Assembly (NCBI GenBank): GCA_963742655.1
Contig: CAVUMM010000008.1
Span: forward strand, 311,707 to 375,706
DNA length: 64,000 nt
Direction of reading: 5' to 3'
Origin: an uncultured Candidatus Saccharibacteria bacterium
GTDB taxonomy: Bacteria; Patescibacteriota; Saccharimonadia; Saccharimonadales; UBA4665
Below the pieces are notes generated by a model. It saw only the letters and a list, made by a program, of their open reading frames with translations, did not search any database and was not told the DNA's origin. The first letter of the stretch is position 1. Every line of letters begins with the position of its first letter. Positions 1 through 9,314 of the stretch are shown piece after piece. The position numbers and the translations under genes are program-made.

Positions 1-169
1 TCCTCTTGCCCAGCCAGTCATATTCAATATGTTATTTTGTCCTGATAAGTTGAAAATCATAATCTGCTCGAGAAAATTGCTTACTCAAGGTGTTCATCCA
101 TTCTGAAAAAAGATAAAGCAACGTAAGCATTATTTGCGTAGCTGATTTATTCTGCTTATAGTTACGTTT

Positions 170-1081
170 ATGGACAATGCGCTGGTTGCCGCCAAGCTTT
201 CTAAAAAATATCCGGGCACAAATGTTTACGCGCTTAAAGACTTAACGTTACAGGTGCGGTTTGGCGAAGTCTACGGCTTTTTAGGACCGAACGGGGCCGG
301 CAAGTCGACAACGATCAGAACATTGATGAATTTTATACAGCCCACAAGCGGCAGCGCAACGATCTTAGGGCTCGATATTGTTAAGGATTCAGTAAAAATC
401 AAGCGAGAAATCGGCTATCTTGCCGGGGACGGCGCGGTGTATCCTAAAATGACCGGCAGGCAGTTTTTAGACTATTTAGGCGAGCTGCGGGCGCCGGCTA
501 CCAAGTCTTACAAACAAGAACTTGCAAAACGATTGCAAGCGACCCTGGACAAACCGCTCGGCTCGCTTTCACGCGGCAACAGGCAAAAAATATCAATTAT
601 CCAGGCCTTCATGCACCAGCCAAGACTACTGATTTTAGACGAACCAAGCAGCGGCCTGGATCCGTTGATGCAGGAAGTATTCTACGAGCTCATTAACGAA
701 TCGAAGGCCCGCGGCGCGGCAATTTTTATGAGCAGCCACATTTTGGGCGAAGTCCAAAAAATTTGCGACAGGGTGGGCATCATTCGTGACGGCACATTGG
801 TCGCTGAGCGAAACATTGACGAAATGGCCAAAGAGGCCTCCCAAACTTTCGATGTAATATTTGAAGAAAACGCCCCGCTCGGCAAGTTAAGAAAACTTTC
901 TTGCGTGCAGAAAGCGGTAGAAAATAACGCGCGAAATGTGACGCTGCATGTTCGCGGTGATCTATCGCCTTTATTTGCCCTGCTGGCCCAACATACCGTT
1001 TCGAAAATCGACACCCGGACACTGGATCTGGAAGAAACATTCATGCATTACTATCAGCCGCGAGGAGGCAAGTATGTTTAG
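170..1081 (+). CDS. ABC transporter ATP-binding protein (ABC-2/NatA-like)
   Basis: 303-aa ORF; Walker A GPNGAGKST, ABC signature LSRGNRQK, Walker B LLILDEPSSGLD, H-loop SSHIL. Confidence 0.9.
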   Translation: MDNALVAAKLSKKYPGTNVYALKDLTLQVRFGEVYGFLGPNGAGKSTTIRTLMNFIQPTSGSATILGLDIVKDSVKIKREIGYLAGDGAVYPKMTGRQFLDYLGELRAPATKSYKQELAKRLQATLDKPLGSLSRGNRQKISIIQAFMHQPRLLILDEPSSGLDPLMQEVFYELINESKARGAAIFMSSHILGEVQKICDRVGIIRDGTLVAERNIDEMAKEASQTFDVIFEENAPLGKLRKLSCVQKAVENNARNVTLHVRGDLSPLFALLAQHTVSKIDTRTLDLEETFMHYYQPRGGKYV

Positions 1082-1865
1082 TATTTTTAAATGGACTTTG
1101 TGGCAACGCCGCTGGAGCATGCTCTGGTGGTGTATCGGTATTGCCAGCTTAGTAATATTGACCTTGGCTTTTTATCCGACTATTCATAACCAGGCGGCCC
1201 AATTAAACAAGAGTTTTGGCAGTTTGAATAGCAGCACGCTTGCGCTCTTCGGCGGTACAGATTTCTTTTCGCCGGTGGGTTATTTGAATAGCCAGTTAAT
1301 TTATTTGATGCTGCCGCTTCTTTTGATAATCTTGGGTGTCGGGCTTGGCAGCAGCCTGATCGGCCGCGAAGAAGCCGAAGGAACGATTGAATCGCTGCTA
1401 GCTCGGCCCGTATCGCGTTCCCATCTGCTTTTGGCTAAGGCTTTGGCAGGGGCTTTTATATTATTTACTGTAACGGGTATCGGGTCTATCGTCATAATTG
1501 TCTTGGCTAAAGCTGTGAATATCGGTATCCCTCTGTCAAATATCGCGGCCGCGTGTTTTGCCTGCTTTATGCTTGTACTCACTTTTAGCGCCGTCTCATT
1601 TTTATTGGCCGCGACTGGCCGGGGGCGCGGTGCGGCTCTTGGCATTACCGCGGTTTATGCCCTAGGAGGTTACATTATCGGCTCACTCGCCAAGACTGTG
1701 CATTGGCTCCAAAAGCCCAGCCTGATTTTTCCATACCATTACTACCAATCGGCCGATATCCTACGCGGCACAATTCATTGGTCTTCCATCGTATTCTTTG
1801 GTGTATTTACAGTGGCATGCATGATTTTGGCCTGGCTAAGCTTCCGGCAGCGGGATCTTGGATAA
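1074..1865 (+). CDS. ABC-2 type transporter permease
   Basis: ATG at 1074 preceded by GAGGAGG (1062-1068), overlaps the ATPase stop by 8 nt. About six hydrophobic helices. The track ORF start at 948 lies inside the ATPase gene and is probably an artefactual extension. Confidence 0.7.
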   Translation: MFSIFKWTLWQRRWSMLWWCIGIASLVILTLAFYPTIHNQAAQLNKSFGSLNSSTLALFGGTDFFSPVGYLNSQLIYLMLPLLLIILGVGLGSSLIGREEAEGTIESLLARPVSRSHLLLAKALAGAFILFTVTGIGSIVIIVLAKAVNIGIPLSNIAAACFACFMLVLTFSAVSFLLAATGRGRGAALGITAVYALGGYIIGSLAKTVHWLQKPSLIFPYHYYQSADILRGTIHWSSIVFFGVFTVACMILAWLSFRQRDLG

Positions 1866-1906
1866 ATACAAGGGCTTCAGCCCGAACTTTGAAGTGTTAG
1901 AATAAA

Positions 1907-2140
1907 ATGATGGTAAAGCTTTTAAAATATAAATTATTAGGTATATCAATTATTATATGGGTGCTTCAGCTACTTTATGTTGCTCTTGCGTTGAGTGTAG
2001 GAGTATTCATAGTTTTTCTAGCCGGATTAAATAACCGATCATCCCATTTGTTATTCCAAATCGTATTCGTGCTGGGCATAGTCGTAATAAACATACTATG
2101 GCGCGTCGGAATCAAAAAGCTAAAACCAGAATGGTTCTAA
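1907..2140 (+). CDS. small hypothetical membrane protein (77 aa)
   Basis: ORF with two long hydrophobic stretches; no family recognised. Confidence 0.35.
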   Translation: MMVKLLKYKLLGISIIIWVLQLLYVALALSVGVFIVFLAGLNNRSSHLLFQIVFVLGIVVINILWRVGIKKLKPEWF

Positions 2141-2299
2141 CTTCGCAACGGATACCCAGCCACAATTTAAAATCACCCCCGCTTTGATAACTATATGGGC
2201 GCATCAGAAGCAGTAATGGTATAAATGCGTTCCGGCGGCAGCCAAAGCCGGCCATTATAAGCGGTCTCTTCAGCATCTGGCTTTACACCTTACTATAGT

Positions 2300-4648
2300 T
2301 TGGATAGAATTGCTTTAATGGTTAAGCTTAGCATCCGTCAGAAAATTCTTGCTTTGGTATTGGCGGCCACGATTATACCATTCGCGCTTATCAATGTGTT
2401 TTGGGTAAACATCCAGCGACACACCCTTCTGGATAACGCCAAAGAAACGCAAATAGCTGCCACGAACAAAGATGCCGGAGCCACCAGCTTGTTTATCGAC
2501 GAAGAAGTGCAGCAGATGATTTTCCGGGCGCAGGACATGGCGGTGGACGCCGGTGAAAAAAGCAGTCACGATTTCGATCTTGATGTCCGGGCCTACATGC
2601 TCGAAGATAACAAGAACCTGGTAAGCGCCCAAAAGGTGTTCGTCAACGGGCAAGAACAGGTATCGCGGGACCAAAACGGCGAGCTGCCTTTGCAAAACGT
2701 CAGCGGCTCACCGGTTTTCCAGGCTCTTAAACGAGGAGCAAACCGCTATATCAGTTCGGCTAAACTCGATTCCAGCGGCGCGCCGCTGGTAACGCTTGGC
2801 GTAGCAATCCCGAAAAATATTGATCCGCCGGTTTTGGCCCAATTGGTTTACGATGACACGCGGCCGGCCAATTCTACGCTCGGCTTCAATGGCGCTCTGA
2901 TCACGCAATTGGATTTTCAAGTACTATGGACATCGATACTTTCACAGTCTGTTAACTCACCAGGCAGCGTCGCGTTCGTAGTGGACGGGAAGGGCGATGT
3001 CGTGGCTTATCCTAAGCAGTTAAGTTCCCGAGTCGCTGCCAATTTAAGCTCGACGCCGATAGTGGCTGATTATTTGCACCGTTTGAACTCTGCTGGCAGA
3101 GATGCGGATAATGCAGACCTGCGCGCCTCAATTCAGGCAAAATCTGAGAATGGTGTGAACGTACTGGCGACGTATCAAAATATCAAAGGAACCGACTGGG
3201 CGATAGTAGTGGAGGATCCCATCGCTAACGTATACAAGGGTATCAACCAAATAACCGAAATCGGGTTGATCATAGCGCTGCTAGCCTTCATCTTATTTGT
3301 TGTCATCAGTCTTTGGCTTAGCAAATATATTTCACGGCCAATCTTGCACATAGCCAATGTAGCCGGCCGCATCGGCCGGGGCGACTTCGACGCGCGCGTT
3401 GACGGCGGTCGCAGCGACGAGATCGGCACGCTCGGACAAAGCGTGAACGCCATGGGCCAAAATCTGAAAGTATCAGTGGGACAGATCGAGAACCAGCGGC
3501 GCCAGCTGGAAGCGATCCTGAATAACACCACGGACGCCATACTTTCGGTAGATGATCACGGAACTGTTTCGGTGGCCAACAACGTCGCTAATACATTCTT
3601 TGAATTTAACGATAAATCACTTTCCGGCCAGCACATCGGCGCCTTGATGCGATCGGTGCAATCCAATGCCGACCCGCTAAACTGGGACTTTTCAACTTTG
3701 AAACCCGGAGTACACGTGTTTACTGATCTTACTTACACCAGCCCGTCGCAAAAGACACGATATATAGATGTCGTGGTGTTTAAGATCGAAAGCTCCATAG
3801 CCGGCGCCGCGTCCAACCAGAGCATCGTGACGATCCATGATGAGACCAAGCGCCGGGAGTTGGACAATATGAAGGTTGATTTCGTTTCCATGGCAGCGCA
3901 CGAGTTGCGCACGCCCTTGTCCGCCGTTCAGGGTTATCTTGAGCTAGTATTAGATGGCGAACTTCAGTCTGCGCTTTCTGAAAAAGTGAATTATTACTTG
4001 AAGCATGCTCAGTCTAGTGCCGGCGAACTTGGGGCACTTATAAGCAACCTGTTGAATGTCACACGGCTGGAGCATGGCACGCTGCATATGCACATGGAAA
4101 AAGTCGATCTTGCGGCAAAAGCCGGAGAAACGGTCAAGAATTCGCAGTTTAACGCCGCAAACAAGAAGATCAACCTCAGTTACACTGGGCCCCAGAACGA
4201 GTGCTTTGTGGTTGCTGACGGGGCCACATTGCAGGAAGTACTGAACAATCTATTAGATAATGCCATTAAGTACACTCCCCAGGGCGGCAGCGTCAACCTC
4301 TCTTTCAACGAACAAGGTGGTAAAAATGTAGTCAAGGTCCGTGACACCGGTTGCGGAATCCCCGAGAGCGCGCTACCACATTTGTTTACGAAGTTTTACC
4401 GCGTACACAGCGGGCTCGAAACAGGCAGTGCCGGTACGGGCTTAGGCCTATATTTATCTAAGACTATCCTGGAAAGCTTCGACGGCACCATCACGGTGCA
4501 GTCGGTAGAGGGTATGGGATCGGAATTTACCGTCACGCTACCGTTATATAATGAAGCCAGGCTACAAGAATTAATAAGCTCTCAGGTCGATGATGGATTT
4601 AATAAAGGAGACAACCGTGGCTGGACTACAACGAATACTCCTCGTTGA
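2300..4648 (+). CDS. sensor histidine kinase (extracytoplasmic sensor, HAMP, PAS-like, HisKA, HATPase)
   Basis: 782-aa ORF (TTG 2300, in-frame ATG 2318). Two TM segments flank an extracytoplasmic region of about 280 aa. H-box SMAAHELRTPL, N-box LLDNAIKYT, G-boxes RDTGCGI and GTGLGL. Confidence 0.9.
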   Translation: MDRIALMVKLSIRQKILALVLAATIIPFALINVFWVNIQRHTLLDNAKETQIAATNKDAGATSLFIDEEVQQMIFRAQDMAVDAGEKSSHDFDLDVRAYMLEDNKNLVSAQKVFVNGQEQVSRDQNGELPLQNVSGSPVFQALKRGANRYISSAKLDSSGAPLVTLGVAIPKNIDPPVLAQLVYDDTRPANSTLGFNGALITQLDFQVLWTSILSQSVNSPGSVAFVVDGKGDVVAYPKQLSSRVAANLSSTPIVADYLHRLNSAGRDADNADLRASIQAKSENGVNVLATYQNIKGTDWAIVVEDPIANVYKGINQITEIGLIIALLAFILFVVISLWLSKYISRPILHIANVAGRIGRGDFDARVDGGRSDEIGTLGQSVNAMGQNLKVSVGQIENQRRQLEAILNNTTDAILSVDDHGTVSVANNVANTFFEFNDKSLSGQHIGALMRSVQSNADPLNWDFSTLKPGVHVFTDLTYTSPSQKTRYIDVVVFKIESSIAGAASNQSIVTIHDETKRRELDNMKVDFVSMAAHELRTPLSAVQGYLELVLDGELQSALSEKVNYYLKHAQSSAGELGALISNLLNVTRLEHGTLHMHMEKVDLAAKAGETVKNSQFNAANKKINLSYTGPQNECFVVADGATLQEVLNNLLDNAIKYTPQGGSVNLSFNEQGGKNVVKVRDTGCGIPESALPHLFTKFYRVHSGLETGSAGTGLGLYLSKTILESFDGTITVQSVEGMGSEFTVTLPLYNEARLQELISSQVDDGFNKGDNRGWTTTNTPR

Positions 4649-5060
4649 GGATAATGTAAGCTTGCAGGATATTTACACGCAGTATCTTAAGCACCGCGGA
4701 TACACGGTGGCCTCGGCTGTGGACGGCTACAAAGCCCTGGAAGCGGCCAAAGCATTTTCGCCGGAACTCGTTTTCCTGGATATCATGATGCCGGGTATGA
4801 ATGGCTTTGACGTGGCAAAAAAGTTGCGCAGCGATCCGCAATATAACTGCACCAGGGCCAGGATTGTACTGCTGTCCAACTTGGGGCGCGACAAAGTTCC
4901 GGCCGAGCTCAACCAAGTCGTAGACGGCTACGCGCTAAAAGCTGAAATACAGCTTTCTGACCTGATTAAAATCATCAACTCATTTACGCCGGCTTCACCA
5001 ACGGATTCATCGGCAAACCCGGCAAACGGAGGCGGAAGTCATAATGACCCTGCCGCTTAA
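4617..5060 (+). CDS. response regulator, receiver domain only
   Basis: ILLVEDN..., FLDIMMPGMNG, LLSNLG and K in GYALKAE fit a CheY-like receiver. GTG 4617 sits 6 nt after AGGAG (4606-4610); track ORF starts at ATG 4590. No DNA-binding domain, only a short low-complexity tail. Confidence 0.85.
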   Translation: MAGLQRILLVEDNVSLQDIYTQYLKHRGYTVASAVDGYKALEAAKAFSPELVFLDIMMPGMNGFDVAKKLRSDPQYNCTRARIVLLSNLGRDKVPAELNQVVDGYALKAEIQLSDLIKIINSFTPASPTDSSANPANGGGSHNDPAA

Positions 5061-5264
5061 TTAATTTGGATTACCTCAGCCTACTACTCCGGCTTCAACG
5101 ACAAGGCGGGGTTTCCCGGCATTCTGCAACCCCTTGATAATATCGTCGATCAAATTTTGGTTAATGCAGGCATACGACTGACTAAACAATAACCGGAATA
5201 AATTTCAAATTACGCGTAATACTGCCAGCTAAAATTTACCAAAAGTTAGTATTCGTGGCATAGT

Positions 5265-5822
5265 ATGCGTATGTTGCGAGATGTTTATGTTCCATCAGAT
5301 CTTCCGTCTTTGAATGTGGCGCCGGATATTCCCGCATCTGAAAAGATTCAGGTTATTACCGCGACGCCCGTTACTATATTCCATCACTCGGGTTTTGAAT
5401 TTGACTTACGGTTGCCTTATGTCAGAGATACGTCATTCGTGCACGGTCTTCCAAGTATGACAGGTTCATTGGCTTTGGAACATATAGATTTGGGTGACGA
5501 GAGGTTGTACGGCCATGGCATAGGCAGCCGGCTACTCAGGGCCGCAACCCGATATATTGTGGGGCTGAATGCAGGTGTGTCGTCGTTAACGGTTGACGAT
5601 CACCCGAGGCTTGGTGTGTTGAACACTTTTATCAGTGTATTTGGCACAGAAAGCGTCGAAGCACGAATCGGCGGCGTGACGTATGGCGGACGTGGTATCA
5701 CTACCTTAGATCAGATATTTGAAGAACATCCGGTTCAGGCCGGTGAGCCGTATTTATTGCGCTCCATAACTGCTTGTATAGATCCTGCGATTGCTATGTC
5801 CTGGGAAAATCCCGTGGAGTAA
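5265..5822 (+). CDS. hypothetical protein, weak GNAT acetyltransferase-like motif
   Basis: 185-aa ORF; HIDLGDERLYGHGIGSRLLRAA resembles GNAT motif A (R/Q-x-x-G-x-G/A); nothing else recognised. Confidence 0.4.
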   Translation: MRMLRDVYVPSDLPSLNVAPDIPASEKIQVITATPVTIFHHSGFEFDLRLPYVRDTSFVHGLPSMTGSLALEHIDLGDERLYGHGIGSRLLRAATRYIVGLNAGVSSLTVDDHPRLGVLNTFISVFGTESVEARIGGVTYGGRGITTLDQIFEEHPVQAGEPYLLRSITACIDPAIAMSWENPVE

Positions 5823-5992
5823 CTTCGGTTATTATACAAGTTCGCACAAATTAGCCCCATCACGAGCTCCAATGCCTTAAAAATTTTATCGGCAAAAAAG
5901 GGTGCTCTGTGCCAGACAATTTCAGCCGTGTATGCAACAGCTTTAACACTAGCAATTTTCCTTTTGTCCAGATAATGTTATTATCGGCTGCT

Positions 5993-6148
5993 ATGAAGTT
6001 TATTTTACTGGGAGTATTCGTCGCGTCCGTTGTGGCGCTGCCGATGTATATGCTGGACGCACTGGTAATGCCGGACCTGATGTCGATGAAACAGACATAC
6101 TCACAGGCAACCAACATAGCTGAGCAATCTGCTGCAGTGCAACATTAG
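5993..6148 (+). CDS. possible small hydrophobic peptide (51 aa)
   Basis: MKFILLGVFVASVVALPMYML... signal/TM-like N-terminus inside a gap that is otherwise non-coding; no homology support. Confidence 0.2.
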   Translation: MKFILLGVFVASVVALPMYMLDALVMPDLMSMKQTYSQATNIAEQSAAVQH

Positions 6149-6171
6149 TTTTATCCCGTATCAGTTGCGGC

Positions 6172-6459
6172 TCAATTTGACTTGGCGGCGTTGGAAGAAA
6201 ATGCGCTTCGTGATCTTCCGCCATTACCAGACACTGATTCCGAATCATCATCCGAAGACTCTTCCATGCGGGCTTTCGCGCGTTCGCGCATCTTGTCCTT
6301 CATGTCTTTCATTTTTTGATTTAAGATCTGACGGCTTTCCTGCCCGGCTTTTGGCGCAAACAGTATGCCTGCGGCAATTCCGGTGGCCAAACCAAATGTT
6401 ATTCCGGTTGTAAAAGCAACAAAAGCTATGCCCGGTGTTACATAGTTGACTCCATTCAT
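6172..6459 (-). CDS. YtxH domain-containing protein
   Basis: 95-aa ORF; N-terminal hydrophobic helix then GILFAPKAGQESRQILNQKMKDMKDKMRERAKA, typical of the YtxH family. Confidence 0.75.
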   Translation of the reverse strand: MNGVNYVTPGIAFVAFTTGITFGLATGIAAGILFAPKAGQESRQILNQKMKDMKDKMRERAKARMEESSDDDSESVSGNGGRSRSAFSSNAAKSN

Positions 6460-6609
6460 ACCGACCTCCTAAAATATTCGCATTATTGAACTTTCAATGT
6501 ATCACCAGAACAGTCATAGCGATGTAAAGTATTTTACCGTTGTCGATGCAGGCTGCTCGAGATTATGCATTAGCATGATAAAGTAGTTGTATTAATTCAG
6601 GAAAAAATC

Positions 6610-7143
6610 ATGCCGTTTATCAAAGGCAAAGTCGCACTGCGGGAAATTAATGCGAACAAGTGGGAATTGCTCCAGCCGATTGTGTACCAGGGCAGTCGAG
6701 AGGAATTCACAGTGCATACCGGATTTACGACGGATTTGGCATCCGTTCCGCGCATTTTCACATGGTTAGTACCGAGATACGGTGTGTATACCAAAGCCGC
6801 GATCGTGCATGATTTCCTGTGCGAAACAAAATCTATAAACAGGGCCGATGCCGACGGATTATTCCGGCGGATGATGCGCGAACTTGACGTGTCCTTCTTG
6901 CTCAGATGGATGATGTGGGCCGCCGTACGGGCAGGATCGAAACTGCGCGACGCAACATTTTCCGACGTAATTGCCTGGCTGCTTATAACCGTTCCGTCTG
7001 TTATTTTCCTGTTCGTGCCTGGTGTTGTACTGGCGATTTGGCTCCTAACGTTCTGTATTGTTGAATGGATTTGCTTCATTATTCTCAAACCTTTCAGCCA
7101 CAAGCAGGTCAACCGGCCGAAACTTACCCTTCGCCGTAGGTAA
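6610..7143 (+). CDS. DUF1353 domain-containing membrane protein
   Basis: GFTTDLASVPRIFTWLVPRYGVYTKAAIVHDFLC matches the DUF1353 core motif; C-terminal hydrophobic hairpin. Confidence 0.75.
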   Translation: MPFIKGKVALREINANKWELLQPIVYQGSREEFTVHTGFTTDLASVPRIFTWLVPRYGVYTKAAIVHDFLCETKSINRADADGLFRRMMRELDVSFLLRWMMWAAVRAGSKLRDATFSDVIAWLLITVPSVIFLFVPGVVLAIWLLTFCIVEWICFIILKPFSHKQVNRPKLTLRRR

Positions 7144-7148
7144 AACCG

Positions 7149-7355
7149 TGCTATAGTTAAGTACACATTAACAATTAAAAAATATACAGAGTGCAGGGAG
7201 AGATCTAGCTCGTCGATCTGCCGGCAACCTGTCCTACGAAGCTTTAGCTAAGGAGGATGTTGGTGCTCCGTCTAGCCCCGCCGAATGCGGGAAAAGATGT
7301 TTTTGATTTAGTAAAGACGTCCTTTCTCGCGATTTACGGCAGAAAGGATTTTTTA
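7149..7355 (+). promoter_or_regulatory. candidate SAM riboswitch (SAM-I / SAM-IV-like) with extended -10 promoter and a terminator / RBS-sequestering hairpin, leader of metK
   Basis: TGcTATAGT extended -10 at 7149-7157. Possible P1 pairing AAAAAUAU (7178-7185) with AUGUUUUU (7297-7304). AGAGUGCAGG...CUGCCGGCAACC and GGUGCU resemble the conserved SAM-I/IV core. Hairpin UCCUUUCU (7320-7327) / AGAAAGGA (7341-7348) followed by U6, ending 1 nt before the metK ATG. Confidence 0.55.
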
Positions 7356-8486
7356 ATGTCAAACGCACTGGACGATACCAGTATATTTACCAGCGAGTCG
7401 GTCTGCGCCGGCCATCCGGACAAAGTTTGTGACGCTATCAGCGACGCAATAGTCGACGCGGCGTTAGCCGAAGATCCGCATAGCCACTGCGGAATTGAAA
7501 CCGTGGCCGGTGCAAATCAGATCTGTCTGTTCGGCGAGATCAAAACGCACGCAAAGCTGGATTACGAAAAGATAGCCCGCGACAAAGTGCGTGAGCTGGG
7601 CTACACCAACCCGGCGTGGGGATTCAGTTATCAGGAATCGATGTTCTCTAACGCCATCCACGAACAGTCGCCGGAAATTGCCATGGGTGTCGACAACGAA
7701 GGGGCGGGAGACCAGGGAATGATGTTCGGATTCGCCTGCAACGATACGCCGGAGCTGATGCCGTTGCCGATCGCATTGGCGCACGCGCTGACCCGGCGTA
7801 TCGACGAGGCGCGCATCAAGGGCGAGCTAAAGTGGCTGCGCCCCGACGGCAAGGCGCAGGTCACGGTGCGATACGAGCACAATCAGCCAGCGGCTATCGA
7901 AAAGCTGGTGGCAGCCGTGGCGCACGACGAAAAAACGTCACCTGAGCAAGTGCGGGCAGATGTCATCAAGCATATATTCACACCGGTTCTCAAGCACTAC
8001 AAATTTGACTTGCCGGCCGACGAAAACATTGTCGTAAACGGCACCGGTTTGTGGCATATTCCGGGCCCGGAAAGCGATGCGGGACTGACAGGAAGAAAAA
8101 TCGTCGTTGATACGTATGGCGGATTCGCTCGCGTGGGCGGCGGGGCATTCAGTGGCAAGGAACCGAATAAAGTCGATCGCAGCGGCGCATATGCGGCCAG
8201 ATACATAGCTAAAAACATCGTAGCGGCCGGGTTAGCCGCAAAATGTGAAGTCGGTCTGGCATACGTCATAGGGCAGCCGAAACCGCTCATGCAGACTATT
8301 CAGGCATTCGGCACGGCTACGGTAACCGAAAAAGCATTGTACGATTTTAAAGACAAGCTGATTGATACGAGCGTTAAGGGGATAATCGATGCGCTTGATC
8401 TGTGCCGGCCGATATATAGTCAAACATCTGCGTACGGCCACTTTGGCAAATCAAACCTGCCGTGGGAAAAGGTAGTCTCGGTGTAG
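7356..8486 (+). CDS. metK: S-adenosylmethionine synthetase
   Basis: FTSESVCAGHPDKVCDAISDAIVDA, GAGDQGMMFGFA, GGGAFSGKEPNKVDRSGAY are classic MetK motifs. ATG 7356; the track ORF extension to 7257 covers the leader RNA. Confidence 0.95.
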   Translation: MSNALDDTSIFTSESVCAGHPDKVCDAISDAIVDAALAEDPHSHCGIETVAGANQICLFGEIKTHAKLDYEKIARDKVRELGYTNPAWGFSYQESMFSNAIHEQSPEIAMGVDNEGAGDQGMMFGFACNDTPELMPLPIALAHALTRRIDEARIKGELKWLRPDGKAQVTVRYEHNQPAAIEKLVAAVAHDEKTSPEQVRADVIKHIFTPVLKHYKFDLPADENIVVNGTGLWHIPGPESDAGLTGRKIVVDTYGGFARVGGGAFSGKEPNKVDRSGAYAARYIAKNIVAAGLAAKCEVGLAYVIGQPKPLMQTIQAFGTATVTEKALYDFKDKLIDTSVKGIIDALDLCRPIYSQTSAYGHFGKSNLPWEKVVSV

Positions 8487-8504
8487 GCTAATTTTAAACA
8501 AAAT

Positions 8505-8530
8505 AAAACTCCCATTTAAGCGGGAGTTTT
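8505..8530. terminator. bidirectional intrinsic terminator between convergent metK and pilin gene
   Basis: AAAACUCCC (8505-8513) pairs with GGGAGUUUU (8522-8530); A-run on one side and T-run on the other. Confidence 0.7.
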
Positions 8531-8550
8531 ATTTTGTGTGTACTACTTTG

Positions 8551-9276
8551 TTAGCGAGTCACACTGATGGTGGCGCCATCTTCGGCACTCGGAGCTGCAA
8601 TCGTAAATCGTCCATTGCTAGCTGAAATCGTATAACCTGTGGCGTACGAGCCGGAGCATGTTCCGCTTCCGGTCTTAGGGTCTACCGGCATAGCTGCCAA
8701 GAACGTCGGAACCACGTCGGCACACAAGTCAACATCATTTACGCCCGTCCAACTTCCAATGGTGCAGGTACCGGGAGGGCCATCAGCGGCACCGCTCGCA
8801 TTCGTTACTGCAAGTGTAGTTGACGTAATTGCTTCGACCGGATAAGTTCCATTATCAACTGATGCGCCACCCGTACAACCCGAAACCGTAACATTACCGG
8901 TTGCTGTAAGAATGTTGTTCGTCGCATCCAAGTTAAACGTTACGACGTTGGTCGCGAACGTGGCGCCCCCTGTCGTATCTGTTTGATCTGCAGGTACGGT
9001 GACCGAGGCGAGCGGAGTCGGGGTACTCGTGAGGTTGGCTACAGAAGCCGGCTCATTGCCATTGTTCGCCGATTCGTATTCGTAAATTGCATTCAAGATT
9101 TCCGAAACGTTCGATGAACGCTGCGTATTTCGTGTATCCTGGAAGTGTTTGTTTGGATTGATCGCGATCAAGGTAATAGCCAGCAGGATTGCCAGAATAC
9201 CTATAACGACCAGGAGCTCAATCAGCGTGAAACCGTTTTGCTCCTTTCGCCCGATGAATTTAGTATGCAGCTTCAT
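8551..9276 (-). CDS. type IV pilin (paralogue 1)
   Basis: Prepilin leader MKLHTKFIGRKEQNG then FTLIELLVVIGILAILLAITLIAI (Gly-1, Phe+1, Glu+5); four Cys in the C-terminal half; conserved tail TIAAPSAEDGATISVTR. Confidence 0.85.
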   Translation of the reverse strand: MKLHTKFIGRKEQNGFTLIELLVVIGILAILLAITLIAINPNKHFQDTRNTQRSSNVSEILNAIYEYESANNGNEPASVANLTSTPTPLASVTVPADQTDTTGGATFATNVVTFNLDATNNILTATGNVTVSGCTGGASVDNGTYPVEAITSTTLAVTNASGAADGPPGTCTIGSWTGVNDVDLCADVVPTFLAAMPVDPKTGSGTCSGSYATGYTISASNGRFTIAAPSAEDGATISVTR

Positions 9277-9314
9277 TTTAAATCGTCATCCTTTCTGCTT
9301 AATATTTTTAACTT

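Noticed and set aside
1-21. Possible minus-strand gene start (ATG at 21-19 reading out of the window)
   Set aside because: Only seven codons are visible, which cannot be supported.
948-1073. Upstream extension of the permease ORF inside the ABC ATPase gene
   Set aside because: It overlaps the well-supported ATPase frame. ATG 1074 has a GAGGAGG RBS, and the hydrophobic protein begins there.
6165-6413. 82-aa plus-strand ORF antisense to the YtxH gene
   Set aside because: The minus-strand frame has the characteristic YtxH motif and a hydrophobic N-terminus. The plus-strand product has no features.
6597-7166. 189-aa minus-strand ORF antisense to the DUF1353 gene
   Set aside because: The plus-strand frame contains the diagnostic DUF1353 motif GFTTDLASVPR...HDFLC. 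The antisense product has no recognisable features.
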